Counted from the first letter of the stretch, positions 17,993 to 28,337 are shown. The stretch: 32,857 nucleotides of DNA from an uncultured Methanospirillum sp. (GCA_964637135.1 CAZWTX010000007.1:62001-94857), one strand, 5' to 3'. The notes: generated by a model from the letters alone, not told the origin. Translations and numbers: made by a program.

Positions 17993-18257
17993 ACACTATT
18001 ACCTACAGGGTAAAAGGAAAAAAAGGTATGGTGTCGAATTTAGATTTTACCTCTTTAAAAGGTAAAAAGAAAAAAAATAATATATATTAATTCCAAAATC
18101 ATTCCCTCCGAGTGATGAATATGTAGAGAAGATTAATCCACCGGGATGAATGAGCGGTTCCTCATCAGGAAGTTGACCGATCACCAGACTTTTCATATGA
18201 TGTACCTGGCGACAGACGTGCTCATCCATCCGGATCATGATCCTAAAAAATGCCGAA

Positions 18258-19349
18258 TCAATCCTGGAATTTTCTCCGGTTCTCTACAATCTCCTTACCC
18301 AGTATACTGATCTCCTTAAAACGCTTCTTTTCAAATCGTTTCAGCCCGATGGTTGCCTTGTCACGTTCAAATGTAATCTCTTTCAGGAGTTTTTGGTACC
18401 GGTCCAGTCGTTCGGGATGGAGGATTCCGTCCCCGATTGCCTTCCTGACGGCACAGCCGGGTTCGGCAGTGTGCGTACAGTCAGAAAACCGGCACTGCAT
18501 GGCAAGATCATGGATATCTCCGAAGGTTTCATCAACACCCTCTTCAGCGGTCCAGATCCGGATCTCCCGAAGGCCGGGGGTATCGATCAGGGCAGTTCCG
18601 TCCGGGAGGACAATAAGATGACGGGTCGTCGTCGTATGTCTGCCCCTCCCGTCATCTTCCCTGACGGTCCCGGTCTTCTGGAGATCGGTACCCGATACAG
18701 CATTCATCAGGGTGGATTTACCCACTCCTGAGGATCCGAGGAAGACCACCGTTTTTCCGTTTCCGCGGTAGGGATCGATATCGCTCATACCGGTTTTATT
18801 CATTGCACTGAGCGCAATGACCGGGATATCACCGATCTGATCGCGAATCATCGCAATCCGGGAAGCGATATCATCACAGAGATCGACCTTATTGATGATG
18901 ATGACCGGCAGGGCCCGGGCACTCCGGACAATGAGCAGGTACCGTTCAAGTCGGGCAAAATTGAAGTCATTCACGGGATCGGTAACGATGAATGCCGTAT
19001 CGATATTTGCTGCGAGCTGCTGCTCTCCCCCTGACTCTCCGGCTTCACCCCGGGAAAGCAGGGTCATTCTCGGAAGAATGGCAACGATCATGGATGTGGC
19101 CTGTTCTGGCTGGTGCAGGATGACCACGAAATCGCCGACCACCGGAAACTGTTTCTTTGCCTTCATGGCTCCTGATACGGGAAGCGTCATTGTTCCCTCA
19201 GGAATCAGTACTTCGTACCGTGTTTTCTGGACGGTGGAGACCCTCCCGGGAAGGTAAGGACCTTCATACTTGAGAAACAGGTCTTCCCAGTGCTGGTTCC
19301 ATCCGATACGGTCAAGGGAATGCGACGATGATTTAAAGGAATTCATCAT
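18258..19349 (-). CDS. rsgA: RsgA-family circularly permuted GTPase, copy 2 (intact; start set at MMNSF)
   Basis: NKVD, LSA, GSSGVGKS, GRHTTT, DTPG and CRFSDCTH..EPGC. Highly similar to copy 1. Confidence 0.92.
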   Translation of the reverse strand: MMNSFKSSSHSLDRIGWNQHWEDLFLKYEGPYLPGRVSTVQKTRYEVLIPEGTMTLPVSGAMKAKKQFPVVGDFVVILHQPEQATSMIVAILPRMTLLSRGEAGESGGEQQLAANIDTAFIVTDPVNDFNFARLERYLLIVRSARALPVIIINKVDLCDDIASRIAMIRDQIGDIPVIALSAMNKTGMSDIDPYRGNGKTVVFLGSSGVGKSTLMNAVSGTDLQKTGTVREDDGRGRHTTTTRHLIVLPDGTALIDTPGLREIRIWTAEEGVDETFGDIHDLAMQCRFSDCTHTAEPGCAVRKAIGDGILHPERLDRYQKLLKEITFERDKATIGLKRFEKKRFKEISILGKEIVENRRKFQD

Positions 19350-19717
19350 GATGAGGAGCGTTGGGGCGGGAATAATAACTGATTTGTCAAAGGAGCGGTC
19401 ATACCGGATGCAGGATGTATAAACCAGCGGTGAACGGATCGTGAATGTATCATCTGTCGACAAAGAGAGAGACAAGAAACAAGGAAAAAATGAACGGGAT
19501 CTGCACCCGGCAGGATTGCAATGCTTTCATCCGGAGGATTACATCGTGCGACTCCGGTTTGTATATCGATGAACGGATAGAATACTTCTGGTTTTCCCGG
19601 ATAGTCTATTCACCCGGTTTCGACCGGGTTGATCTCCCCGTATCCGATCCAGATAAGGAACGATGAGAATCAGACAACCCATCGTTCCGATGTGTGCGCT
19701 AAAAAAGGGGACAATAA

Positions 19718-20182
19718 TTACATCCAGAGGCGGAAAATGGTGTTATCGATAACTTTTAGGCTATCGACAAAAGGATTCCCCTTTTCAGGTCCGTAAACAC
19801 AGGTAACATACCGACCATTTGAGGCCTTTAGGGTAATGAGATCCGGTTCAAGAAAAGTAACTTCAAAAAGTTCTTTCTCTCCAATTGTCGCGACATTTGC
19901 CATCATCCACCCGTCATCATCCCGGTAGGTCAGGTATTGCCCTTTTTTTGTCTTTAATGCACATTTTGAGGTAACACCGGGAGTAATATTGGCAGTTAAT
20001 GTTGTTTCCGGAATACCATATCTGCCGGATCTTAATTCAATAACTTCCCCTTCACAATGCGGAATGTAAACATAATGCGTATTCTTTTGGTTTGATAATG
20101 AAAAACTGATGGTTTTTTCTTGAGGGATTACCGCAAGCATCATGGCTAAAAGACTACGAAACAGACTAAATTCTCGAATCAT
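19718..20182 (-). CDS. Small protein with fascin-like (beta-trefoil-type) C-terminal repeats
   Basis: ALKTKKGQYLT...MANVATIGEKELFEV...ITLKASNGRYVT matches the fascin-repeat pattern. GGAGG RBS before ATG 20182, which is preferred over the track start 20266. Confidence 0.65.
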   Translation of the reverse strand: MIREFSLFRSLLAMMLAVIPQEKTISFSLSNQKNTHYVYIPHCEGEVIELRSGRYGIPETTLTANITPGVTSKCALKTKKGQYLTYRDDDGWMMANVATIGEKELFEVTFLEPDLITLKASNGRYVTCVYGPEKGNPFVDSLKVIDNTIFRLWM

Positions 20183-20455
20183 TATACCTCCTGATGGATT
20201 GAGAATACCTATCGGGTTTTTTCCGATCCTCCCCGGTTGGAAAACACCAGGAAACTGAGGATCCAATCCCTCGTCTTCTCAGGATCCTTTCATCGCAGAA
20301 GCGACAGAATTTCTTTCTCTTTAACTATAAATTTTAATTTTTAGAATTCTTTTCAACAGAATTGATTAATTTAATGACATTAAAAAAACATCCTGAATTA
20401 TAAAAAATTCGGGAACGGATATCTCGGAACGAAAAAAATCGGGGGAATTTTCGGA

Positions 20456-21532
20456 TTATATTAGTAGTCCGGACGCAGTCAACAGATCTTCTGCCTCGTT
20501 ATCACTCAAATCGTAATAATAGAACTTTGAATAGAACTCCCGGGTAAGGGCTTTCAGATCCATGTCAGCAAACAGGTCCGGATACAGGATCTTTGCCGTC
20601 CAGGGAATACCCATGACAATGTTCACTCCGGGAGACCGGTCATACCAGCTGAATGGATCCTTTGGAACAAGATAGACCTGTTTATCCTTGACAGCCTTGA
20701 TATCTGCCCAGTTGGGATCAGAATAAACCTCGCTGTAGAACTGCTTGTCTGTCGCTATGATCACATCAGGGTTCCATTTCATGATCTGTTCGATGGAAAC
20801 CGGTGTATTCCCCACCATGGTAGTCCATTCAATATCTGCAACATTGGTTCCATGGGCCACATTCAGGGGTTGTGCATGGAGAGAGACCGCGGGATCCGTT
20901 TTCAGACCTTCCTGCCCTTCTGCATAATATACCCGTTTTCTCTCTGATTCAGGGATGGATGCGGTTTTATCGTTTACTTCATTATAGATATCCTCGTAGA
21001 AGGTAACGAATTCTTCAGCTTTTTCCGGATTTCCGTATAATTCACCTAAAAATCTCATTCCCGGGGCAAAATTACTGATGTCGGTAACATCTCCCACGGC
21101 GACGACCGGAATAGGGATTAACTGGCTCTGGATCTCATCGGTACTCGTTGACGTAAATGGAGATTCCACGACACCATTAATGATAACATCCGGATTGTAC
21201 GAGAAGAAACTTTCAGCATTCAGCTTGCTTTGTCCCTGGGTCCCTCCGGCATTGGGAAGGTTTTTATATTTTTCCGGGAGGTACTTTGAGGTGTTATACG
21301 CGGAATTAAAGCCGATTAACTTCTCCGGGGCGATGATATAGGTCATCACCGTAACCGGCGGAGCGGTTCCCAGTGCTGAGTTGATCGGGTCAGGAACAGT
21401 TACCTGACGGCCGTCCATATCGGTGATTGTTTTTGTGGATTCTGCTGCTGTTGGAACGCAAGCAGTACAACTCATCAGGAATGTTGCAATAACTGCAATA
21501 ATTGTCCAGATTTGTATCTTTTCTCGATTCAT
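20456..21532 (-). CDS. ABC transporter substrate-binding protein, iron-chelate/cobalamin (FepB/BtuF-like) class
   Basis: Signal peptide with Cys (LMSCTAC), TITDMDGRQVTVP, RVYYAEG..GL.TDP, VSIEQIMKWNPDVII and W.DIKAVK.K.VY.VP. Start set at MNREK. Confidence 0.9.
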   Translation of the reverse strand: MNREKIQIWTIIAVIATFLMSCTACVPTAAESTKTITDMDGRQVTVPDPINSALGTAPPVTVMTYIIAPEKLIGFNSAYNTSKYLPEKYKNLPNAGGTQGQSKLNAESFFSYNPDVIINGVVESPFTSTSTDEIQSQLIPIPVVAVGDVTDISNFAPGMRFLGELYGNPEKAEEFVTFYEDIYNEVNDKTASIPESERKRVYYAEGQEGLKTDPAVSLHAQPLNVAHGTNVADIEWTTMVGNTPVSIEQIMKWNPDVIIATDKQFYSEVYSDPNWADIKAVKDKQVYLVPKDPFSWYDRSPGVNIVMGIPWTAKILYPDLFADMDLKALTREFYSKFYYYDLSDNEAEDLLTASGLLI

Positions 21533-21804
21533 ACTCTCTACCCATCCCTGACGGGAACATTCACATTTCCCTTCAGGTCTTGACATCCGGAGATCCGGAT
21601 ACACATACGTTGAAACAGATTCATGATGAATTTAACTTCTCTTTAAAAATTACATTATTTGATTTACTCGGGGTGGTGAAAATGAATACCTTCCTTCTTT
21701 CATATCGCATGATTGCCGGCATTATCTGGATATACTACAATGGATGGTGGTATCTTCATCACTGATCGTATGACATGCCGAAAAAAACTGTGGGAGCTGG
21801 CGAC

Positions 21805-22560
21805 TCAATTCTTCCGGTCATTGCAGTACTCATATAAATCACGGACTGCAGAAAGCACCCTGAATCCTTTTTCGGCGATGATATAATCGCCCCGTTCATG
21901 CCGTTGCAGTACCATCCCGGCATCCTGCAATTTTTTGAGATGGAAAAGCAGATTCCCTCCCCTGAGTTTTGTCAGCCCGGAGAGATCGGTGAAGGTCTTT
22001 GTTCCGGAAGAGACCGCCTGGAGGATCTGAAACCGGGTAGTATTGGCTACCGGTTCAAGGATCTCTCTGACAATCTCTTCGTCCGGGTACGAAACCGGCG
22101 GAACTGTGCATTCCTGCTGGCTGATGATTCCCAGAGACTGGAGAAGATCGACCTGTTTTTTAAATAACCGGGTGACCTCGGTGAAACAGACCTGACACTT
22201 CTCAAAACGGCCATTATTTTTAATCTTCTCAAGCTGTTCATCATAGGATCTGATGATCTCTTCGGTGATGCTCCCGTCCCGGATATGATTCGCAGTAGCA
22301 GTAAGAAATTCAAGAAAGACCTGATAACAGGTATCATGCATGGAACAGTCGCTAATCATCCGGTCAGTTAGGCATTCACCGGCCCGTTCTACCTGGTGCT
22401 TTGCAAGGAGGTCTAAATAGTCCTTTTTCAGGTCTGATACAATAGCGTTAATGTGTACCTGGTTGGTCTGCTCCATGAACCTGAGAAGATCGATTCGCAG
22501 GGATCGAATCTCCCGGATCACCGGATCTGATTGCTGACTGGACGGGGAATGTTCTTCCAT
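21805..22560 (-). CDS. ArsR-type C-terminal winged-helix regulator with Cys-rich N-terminal domain (Methanosarcina Msr-like)
   Basis: C-terminal LEPVAN..RFQIL...KTFTDLS.LT.LRGGNLLFHLKKL...Q.HERGDY...KG. N-terminal Cys pattern C-x7-CSMHDTC...CQVC. Confidence 0.8.
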   Translation of the reverse strand: MEEHSPSSQQSDPVIREIRSLRIDLLRFMEQTNQVHINAIVSDLKKDYLDLLAKHQVERAGECLTDRMISDCSMHDTCYQVFLEFLTATANHIRDGSITEEIIRSYDEQLEKIKNNGRFEKCQVCFTEVTRLFKKQVDLLQSLGIISQQECTVPPVSYPDEEIVREILEPVANTTRFQILQAVSSGTKTFTDLSGLTKLRGGNLLFHLKKLQDAGMVLQRHERGDYIIAEKGFRVLSAVRDLYEYCNDRKN

Positions 22561-22694
22561 ACTGGTATCCTCACTCTTCTGTCTTAACACAAATAACCCT
22601 TAGAGTTATTGTAATGTACCAGGATCACCTTAAGTTATAATAATAACGCTCAAGTATATTTTCCAAACTGTTGATTGTTATATGGTGAAGCATA

Positions 22695-22856
22695 ATGCCA
22701 ACCTGGAACTGTACACAGACCGAAGTATCCCCCGAAAAAGCCAGAGAATCACTGGAGAAAATCAAGAACGCCTGCTTTGGGTGTTCCACCCACAGTGCCG
22801 ACTGCCCGATTGCCCATGCCGCCGTAGCGGTTTCTTCCCTGCTTGACGGAGCATAA
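22695..22856 (+). CDS. 53-aa Cys/His microprotein (absent from the ORF track)
   Basis: MPTWNCTQTEVSPEKARESLEKIKNACFGCSTHSADCPIAHAAVAVSSLLDGA*. GGTGA RBS at 22684-22688. The stop lies 3 nt before the MTH865 ATG. Confidence 0.75.
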   Translation: MPTWNCTQTEVSPEKARESLEKIKNACFGCSTHSADCPIAHAAVAVSSLLDGA

Positions 22857-22859
22857 GGT

Positions 22860-23102
22860 ATGGCTACAATCAGGGAAGAGATTCATACTCAGATTTCCAG
22901 AGCCCTTGCCGCGGCCATCTTTCCAATCGATACCCCGGAAGCATTACTGGCAGCCTTCCCGGCCGGAGCCGGTACGACCTGCCAGGTTGGAAATGTAAAA
23001 ATGACCGCTGGAGAAGCAGGACAATTGCTGAAACCAACTGATTTCCCATTCAGGAACGCCCGGCAGGTAGCCGATATTATCGTGGAACGGGCCGGACTGT
23101 AA
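22860..23102 (+). CDS. MTH865-family protein
   Basis: 80 aa with FPI.TPE.LL.AFP.G..TTC....MTAGEAG.LL...DFPF..A..VAD.I...AGL. Followed by T-tracts. Confidence 0.85.
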   Translation: MATIREEIHTQISRALAAAIFPIDTPEALLAAFPAGAGTTCQVGNVKMTAGEAGQLLKPTDFPFRNARQVADIIVERAGL

Positions 23103-23363
23103 ATTTTTCTCTCCAGTTTCACTTTTTTTTTGAGATATTTTCCCGGGATACTAATAGGGGCATGATCGATAAGCACTTCCGATACATCAATAGCATCCAT
23201 TCCCTGTCGATGACCCCAAACCGGAGTCATTCATGAACCGGCGAGACAGGAACACATTTCATCGACCGGCTTTCTCCAAAGTAATACCCATTTCCTGGAT
23301 ACCATCAATCACAGGGAAATTTTCCTACAAATCCCCTGTTTTTCCGGTTTCAGGATAAAAAAA

Positions 23364-24539
23364 TCAGGGAAAAGTGACGATAACATCATTTTCCATGAGC
23401 CGGTCACTCTGTGGGATCGGTTCATCGAAGAACGTGGCAGAGAAATTATCCTCGTCAAACTTCCCGGTCACATCGAACGAGTGGTACACGATCGGATACC
23501 CTTCGCCTCCCAGGGGTGACGGGTTGTCGGTAATGACCTGGAAGTGGAGGTGGGGAGCATCGGAATTGCCGGTGTTGCCCATCAGGCCGATCACCTGGCC
23601 TTCCGTAACCGCATCGCCTACCTTCACCCTGACCGATCCATTGATCATGTGGCCGTAGCAGGCATATTTGTCGTTCCCGAGATCGATGACAACACCGTTG
23701 CCGAGTGCGGTTTCAAAGCTCTTCGGAGGTTTCTGGGTCGTTATTTCGATGTCAGGGATGCCATCCCGTGCATAGACAACCGTTCCCTTGCCGACAGCAT
23801 AGAGTTCTTTTCCAAATCCGTAATAATCCCTGGAAATCGTTTCGTTGCCGGAGAAAAGAGTTCCATTCTCCGGATCAAGATACATGAAGTCCTGTGCATA
23901 TCGCTGCGGTACCCGGGTTACGTTGGATATGGTTACCTGGGAAGTGATATGGTGTACTACCGGAGAGGTCGTCTCCATGATAACCCAGCCCGGGCCCTTG
24001 ACCGGAGATCCGACCACAACCGGAAGGAGGTCTTTTCGTACGGTTACTTCCCCGCCGGTTATAACGAGCGGTTCGAGTCCTTCTTTGGTCCGGTTCAGGA
24101 TCACCCGGTGGGTGAGTTGGTTAGGTACATCAGCGGGGGGTACCGTGAACCAGATGGATATCCGCGGGCTAGATAACTTCGGAGTCCCATTCTGCCGTTC
24201 TTCCATCGTTGGTGGCGGAACGCTGACCGGGTAAGAGGTCCTGGCTAATACCGAAGCGTCCGGCGAGTAGAGGATCGCTCCCGTCGTGGCATCGAGTACC
24301 TCGACGGTTTGCGGCACAAATGAGGTATTCCCAAGGCCGGAAAATTCGAGTTCATAGGCGATATTGGTCCCGTTCATACTCTCAACCGGAATAGGTCCGA
24401 ACGGGACGGTCATGATAACAGGCTGCGTTGCCTGAACCGGTTCAGAACCGGTAGCAACCGGGGTTTCCTGAGCAAACCCCGCAGAGATGACAAAAATAAT
24501 CAATGTGATCAGAATAATCGGCGCAGTCTTCAGCAACAT
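23364..24539 (-). CDS. Secreted M23-family zinc metallopeptidase
   Basis: Signal peptide, HH...QRYAQDF (first Zn ligands), GNGVVID....YACYGH, V.VGD.V..GQVIG.MGNTGNS.APHLHFQ (HxH). Start set at MLLKTA. Confidence 0.9.
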   Translation of the reverse strand: MLLKTAPIILITLIIFVISAGFAQETPVATGSEPVQATQPVIMTVPFGPIPVESMNGTNIAYELEFSGLGNTSFVPQTVEVLDATTGAILYSPDASVLARTSYPVSVPPPTMEERQNGTPKLSSPRISIWFTVPPADVPNQLTHRVILNRTKEGLEPLVITGGEVTVRKDLLPVVVGSPVKGPGWVIMETTSPVVHHITSQVTISNVTRVPQRYAQDFMYLDPENGTLFSGNETISRDYYGFGKELYAVGKGTVVYARDGIPDIEITTQKPPKSFETALGNGVVIDLGNDKYACYGHMINGSVRVKVGDAVTEGQVIGLMGNTGNSDAPHLHFQVITDNPSPLGGEGYPIVYHSFDVTGKFDEDNFSATFFDEPIPQSDRLMENDVIVTFP

Positions 24540-24684
24540 GATGTAACATGAAATAGTTCCCTGCAACCGTCAAAAATATATGGATTGATCGATCGAAGCC
24601 GAATGCTCATCAGGGCCGATGGGCCTGTTTTTGATTCAGGTAAAAATCATTTCAGATCTTTTATGATAACTTGCAGGAGAGGTA

Positions 24685-26267
24685 ATGTCTGATGCTATGC
24701 TTCCAGATCTCCCCAGCCGGTACCTGATCGGCATGTTGATCGGGCTCCTGTTCATCGCCATGACCGGATGTATCAGTATTGCAGCCCAGACAACGACCTC
24801 TCCATCTGAATTTGAGAATAAATTCGTGGCACTTATCTCACAGCCCCGGTATGATCATGCCAGCTGGGGTTTTATCGTCGTCGATCCGGAGACCGGAGAA
24901 CCACTCTTTGCGAAGAATGCCGATGAAATGTTCACCCCTGCGTCGACCACGAAACTCTTCTCCTCGTCAGCAGTTTTTGACGCTCTCGGCCCGGATTACC
25001 GGATTAAGACCCCGGTGTATGCAGTCGGAACAATAGACCCGGCTGGAACCCTTGACGGAAACTTCGTACTGGTTGCCAGCGGTGATCCGACCATGGGCTG
25101 GCGGACACTCCCTGATGGAACCATTGAATTTACCAATATTGACCATTCAGAGTAAAACGCTCTCCTCACGAAGACAGAACCGGTTGCCGGTCTGAATGAT
25201 CTTGCAAAACAGGTCAAAGACGCAGGGATTTTGCAGGTGTCAGATGTCATCATCGATGACCGTCTCTTCCAGAATGTCAAGGGAGAGTTTTGGCCCTCCT
25301 TTCCCCGATTGTCATCAACGAAAACATCGTCGATCTCACGATAACCCCTGGGGCGCCCGGTTCTGCCCCAACCGTCATAATGCGTCCGGAGACCGCCCTG
25401 TATACCCTCAATAACCTGGCCACTACCGGGCCGGCAGGAAGTTCTACCCTCCTGGATGCCGGGGAAGAACCTGCCGGAACGATAGTTCTTGTCGGGACGA
25501 TTGCTGCCGATGCCGGCGAGGTCAACAAATCGGCCTCTATTATGAATCCTGCAGTATTCGCCCGTACGCTCTTTATCGAAGCCCTCACCCGCCAGGGAGT
25601 CGAGGTTTCAGCGACAGCGACCGGCGAGAATCCCACCGAACAGCTGCCGTCTACAGAAGAATACAATACTGCAAAGAAGGTTGCAGAACTCACCTCCCCG
25701 CCCCTATCCGAGGACGTGAAATTGACATTGAAGGTCTCGCAGAATATGCATGCCAATTATTACATCATACTTCTCGCCCTCTCTGAAAACAAGACGTCCT
25801 TTTCCGACGGCATGATAAAGGAAGGTGAAGTGCTCCGATCTCTCGGTCTCGACACTACCGACGTAGCACTCGGTGACGGTGCCGGCGGTGACCGGGTCGA
25901 TCATATCTCACCCAGGGCCCCAGCCCAGCTCTTAACGCTGATGAGCAAACAGCCGTATGCCGATCAATTCATACGTGCACAACCGGTTCTCGGGGTCGAC
26001 GGGACAACCGTCGATCATTGTGCACCCGGCAATCCGGCCTGTGGTCATGTCTACGCAAAGACCGGGAGTTATTCGTATCCGGATCCCCTCAATGGACGGA
26101 ATATACTGATCTCCAAAGGACTTGCCGGATATGTTGATACAAAAAGCGGAAAACAACTCGTGTTTGCCGAATACGTAAATAATGTTCCGCTTACAGACAA
26201 TCTCACCGAAAACGATGTCTGAAAGGATCTCGGGAGTATTGCAGGTCTCATCTACGAGTACTACTAA
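24685..26267 (+). pseudogene. dacB: PBP4/DacB (peptidase S13) D-Ala-D-Ala carboxy/endopeptidase pseudogene
   Basis: SxxK (PASTTK), SxN (VSQN) and KTG motifs are present. The gene is broken by an in-frame TAA at 25153-25155 (frame continues NALLTKTEPVAGLNDLAKQVKDAGI..DVIIDDRLF), a frameshift near 25280-25290, and TGA 26220-26222 (continues KDLGSIAGLIYEYY* to 26267). Confidence 0.9.
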
Positions 26268-26413
26268 TCCCTTCTTCTCTTTTTCAGATAGTGCAGATAT
26301 CCCTCCCGATTCGTCTGTATAACGGGATAATGGCCCCCCTCCCGGCAAAATAAAATCCGTATATTTAACATCTGAAAAATCCGTGTTACAATAGTAGCAT
26401 TCGCAGGTGGACA

Positions 26414-27925
26414 ATGAGACGGACATTTCTGGTATCAGTGATCGGAGTAATTCTCGTAGCAATACTTACTGTCGGAATCGGGTCCGGCACAGAAACGGAT
26501 CCCCGGTCTGAAGGCGATGCCCTTTTTGCAGAGGGTATGGACGAATTTAACAGCAGTAATTTCCTTACCGCGTTCGATCTGTTTACAAAGGCCGGGGAGC
26601 GGTACGTAACGGCTGGTGACCAGGCTGCATATATCCTGGCCCGGGACATGGTTTTTAAATCCAGGGGAGCCGGATCGAATTTTCCCTATAACCGCACCGA
26701 GATAGAGGCCGAGATGGCCCTGGCATTCCCCAATGTATCGGCCGAACAGCGGACATTGTGGCTCGATGCTCCGATGACGGCAACGCTTGAGAGTGAAGGG
26801 GAGACCTGGTATTTCGAAGAGACGATCCATAACATCAGGAATCACAATCCTTCGATTCTCAGGGAGGAGAATGCTCAATCCGGCCATACTCCTCTGTATG
26901 ACGAACTGATGCCCCTGATCACTGCTCCCTGGGAGAACGAATCCGCAATCTATGGCCCACCGGTTCATTACGTGGGATCCACGAAACTTGACATCCCCCA
27001 GGGAGAACTCCCGTCAAACGGGACACTGAAGGTTTGGCTACCGGTACCTGTCGAGTCCGGTTCCCAGACGAATGTAACGATCCTCTCCGTCGAGCCAGAG
27101 CAGTTCCTGAACTCCTCGACCGGTACAAATGCAGAGATAGGTCTGGTATACCTCGAGATCCCACTCGAAGAGATAACCGGTCCTTCCCTGAATATCTCTG
27201 CCCGCTACCGCTTTGATCAGCACGAACGGAGATATACCATCGATCCGGAAGCGGTGAAACCCTACAACACGACTTCTCCCGAGTACCTGAAATATACGGG
27301 GTCCACGCAGAACATCCTCATTACGCCGGAGATAACAGAAAAAGCCCTTTCCATCGTGGGGGACGAGACAAATCCCTACCTGCAGGCAGAGAAGATCTAC
27401 TGGGATGTCGTCAATACCCATCCATACAGCCATGCACCACATATCTGGCTTGATGCAACCGGTACACCCGAGTCAGAGTATGTCTTTGAGACCGGTATCG
27501 GTGACTGCGGAACCCAGAGCATGTACTTTGCTGCCCTCTGCCGGTCGCTCGGTATCCCGGCACGGGCAACCGGCGGGTACCAGATGATCGAAGGAACGGC
27601 CGGTACCCATGTCTGGGCCGAGTTCTACCTGGAAGGCTACGGCTGGATCCCGGTGGACGTCACGGCAGCCGAGGGCGGGGATGCATCGTATAACGCGACC
27701 GAGGATGACCTGCACCGGTACAAGTCGTACTACTTCGGGAATCTCGACCCGTACCGTTTCATCATCCAGGAAAGCATGGATCTCCCGGTAATCCCCGATG
27801 CAGGCGATGCAGTGATCTCACCGTTTGGATGGGTCCAGTTCCCCAAGCTGGTCTGTGATACCTGTCCGGATAACCCGATGCCGTTATCGTTTACCTACGC
27901 AACTATCGCGGTCACGAAGGAGTGA
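26414..27925 (+). CDS. Secreted/membrane-anchored transglutaminase-like protein (putative Cys protease)
   Basis: N-terminal hydrophobic segment, KVWLPVP and catalytic triad GDCGTQS..FAALCRSLGIPAR, HVWAEFY and GWIPVD. Confidence 0.9.
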   Translation: MRRTFLVSVIGVILVAILTVGIGSGTETDPRSEGDALFAEGMDEFNSSNFLTAFDLFTKAGERYVTAGDQAAYILARDMVFKSRGAGSNFPYNRTEIEAEMALAFPNVSAEQRTLWLDAPMTATLESEGETWYFEETIHNIRNHNPSILREENAQSGHTPLYDELMPLITAPWENESAIYGPPVHYVGSTKLDIPQGELPSNGTLKVWLPVPVESGSQTNVTILSVEPEQFLNSSTGTNAEIGLVYLEIPLEEITGPSLNISARYRFDQHERRYTIDPEAVKPYNTTSPEYLKYTGSTQNILITPEITEKALSIVGDETNPYLQAEKIYWDVVNTHPYSHAPHIWLDATGTPESEYVFETGIGDCGTQSMYFAALCRSLGIPARATGGYQMIEGTAGTHVWAEFYLEGYGWIPVDVTAAEGGDASYNATEDDLHRYKSYYFGNLDPYRFIIQESMDLPVIPDAGDAVISPFGWVQFPKLVCDTCPDNPMPLSFTYATIAVTKE

Positions 27926-28216
27926 CCGTTATCTTTTTTCCAACTTCCCAGTGTTTGATCAATGGTTATTTCGTTATCAGGGAAGATTTGTCGTTCTCGG
28001 GAGTTTTTATGGGAGTTAGAGGCCTTGGAGCGGCTGGTTGGTCCTGGCAGATTCTCCCTCAAGAATGAGGGGGGAAGGGGGAGTTACTGAGTACAGGGAC
28101 CTATATTCCAAACAGATACCGGAGTTTATCACATCGTTATCAATCTGAAGGATGTACCGGGTTTAGGATGAAGATAAAATGAGAGAAAGGGGCCGGAACC
28201 TTGATTTACTTTCAAC

Positions 28217-28337
28217 GGGGCGGTTTGCGGAGGAGCGAAGCGACGGGGTGCGAGCCGAGCCGAAGGCGTCCCCGGCTGAAACGGATTCTCCCTCTCTCCT
28301 GGGGTTTGGCCTGGAGAGAGGGGTTAGGGGTGAGAGG
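28217..28337. repeat. GC-rich palindromic element with GAA mini-hairpins
   Basis: gcGAAgc at 28235-28241, gccGAAggc at 28259-28267 inside agccg...cggct, and a 10-bp stem ccctctctcc (28290-28299)/ggagagaggg (28313-28322) followed by ttaggggtgagagg. Confidence 0.65.

Noticed and set aside
19445..19666. 73-aa ORF between rsgA copy 2 and the fascin-like gene
   Set aside because: No motif or convincing RBS. It cannot be supported.
25153..26222. Stop-codon recoding (Pyl/Sec) in dacB
   Set aside because: The first stop is TAA, the TGA falls at a non-catalytic position near the C-terminus, and a frameshift is also present. Decay explains it better.
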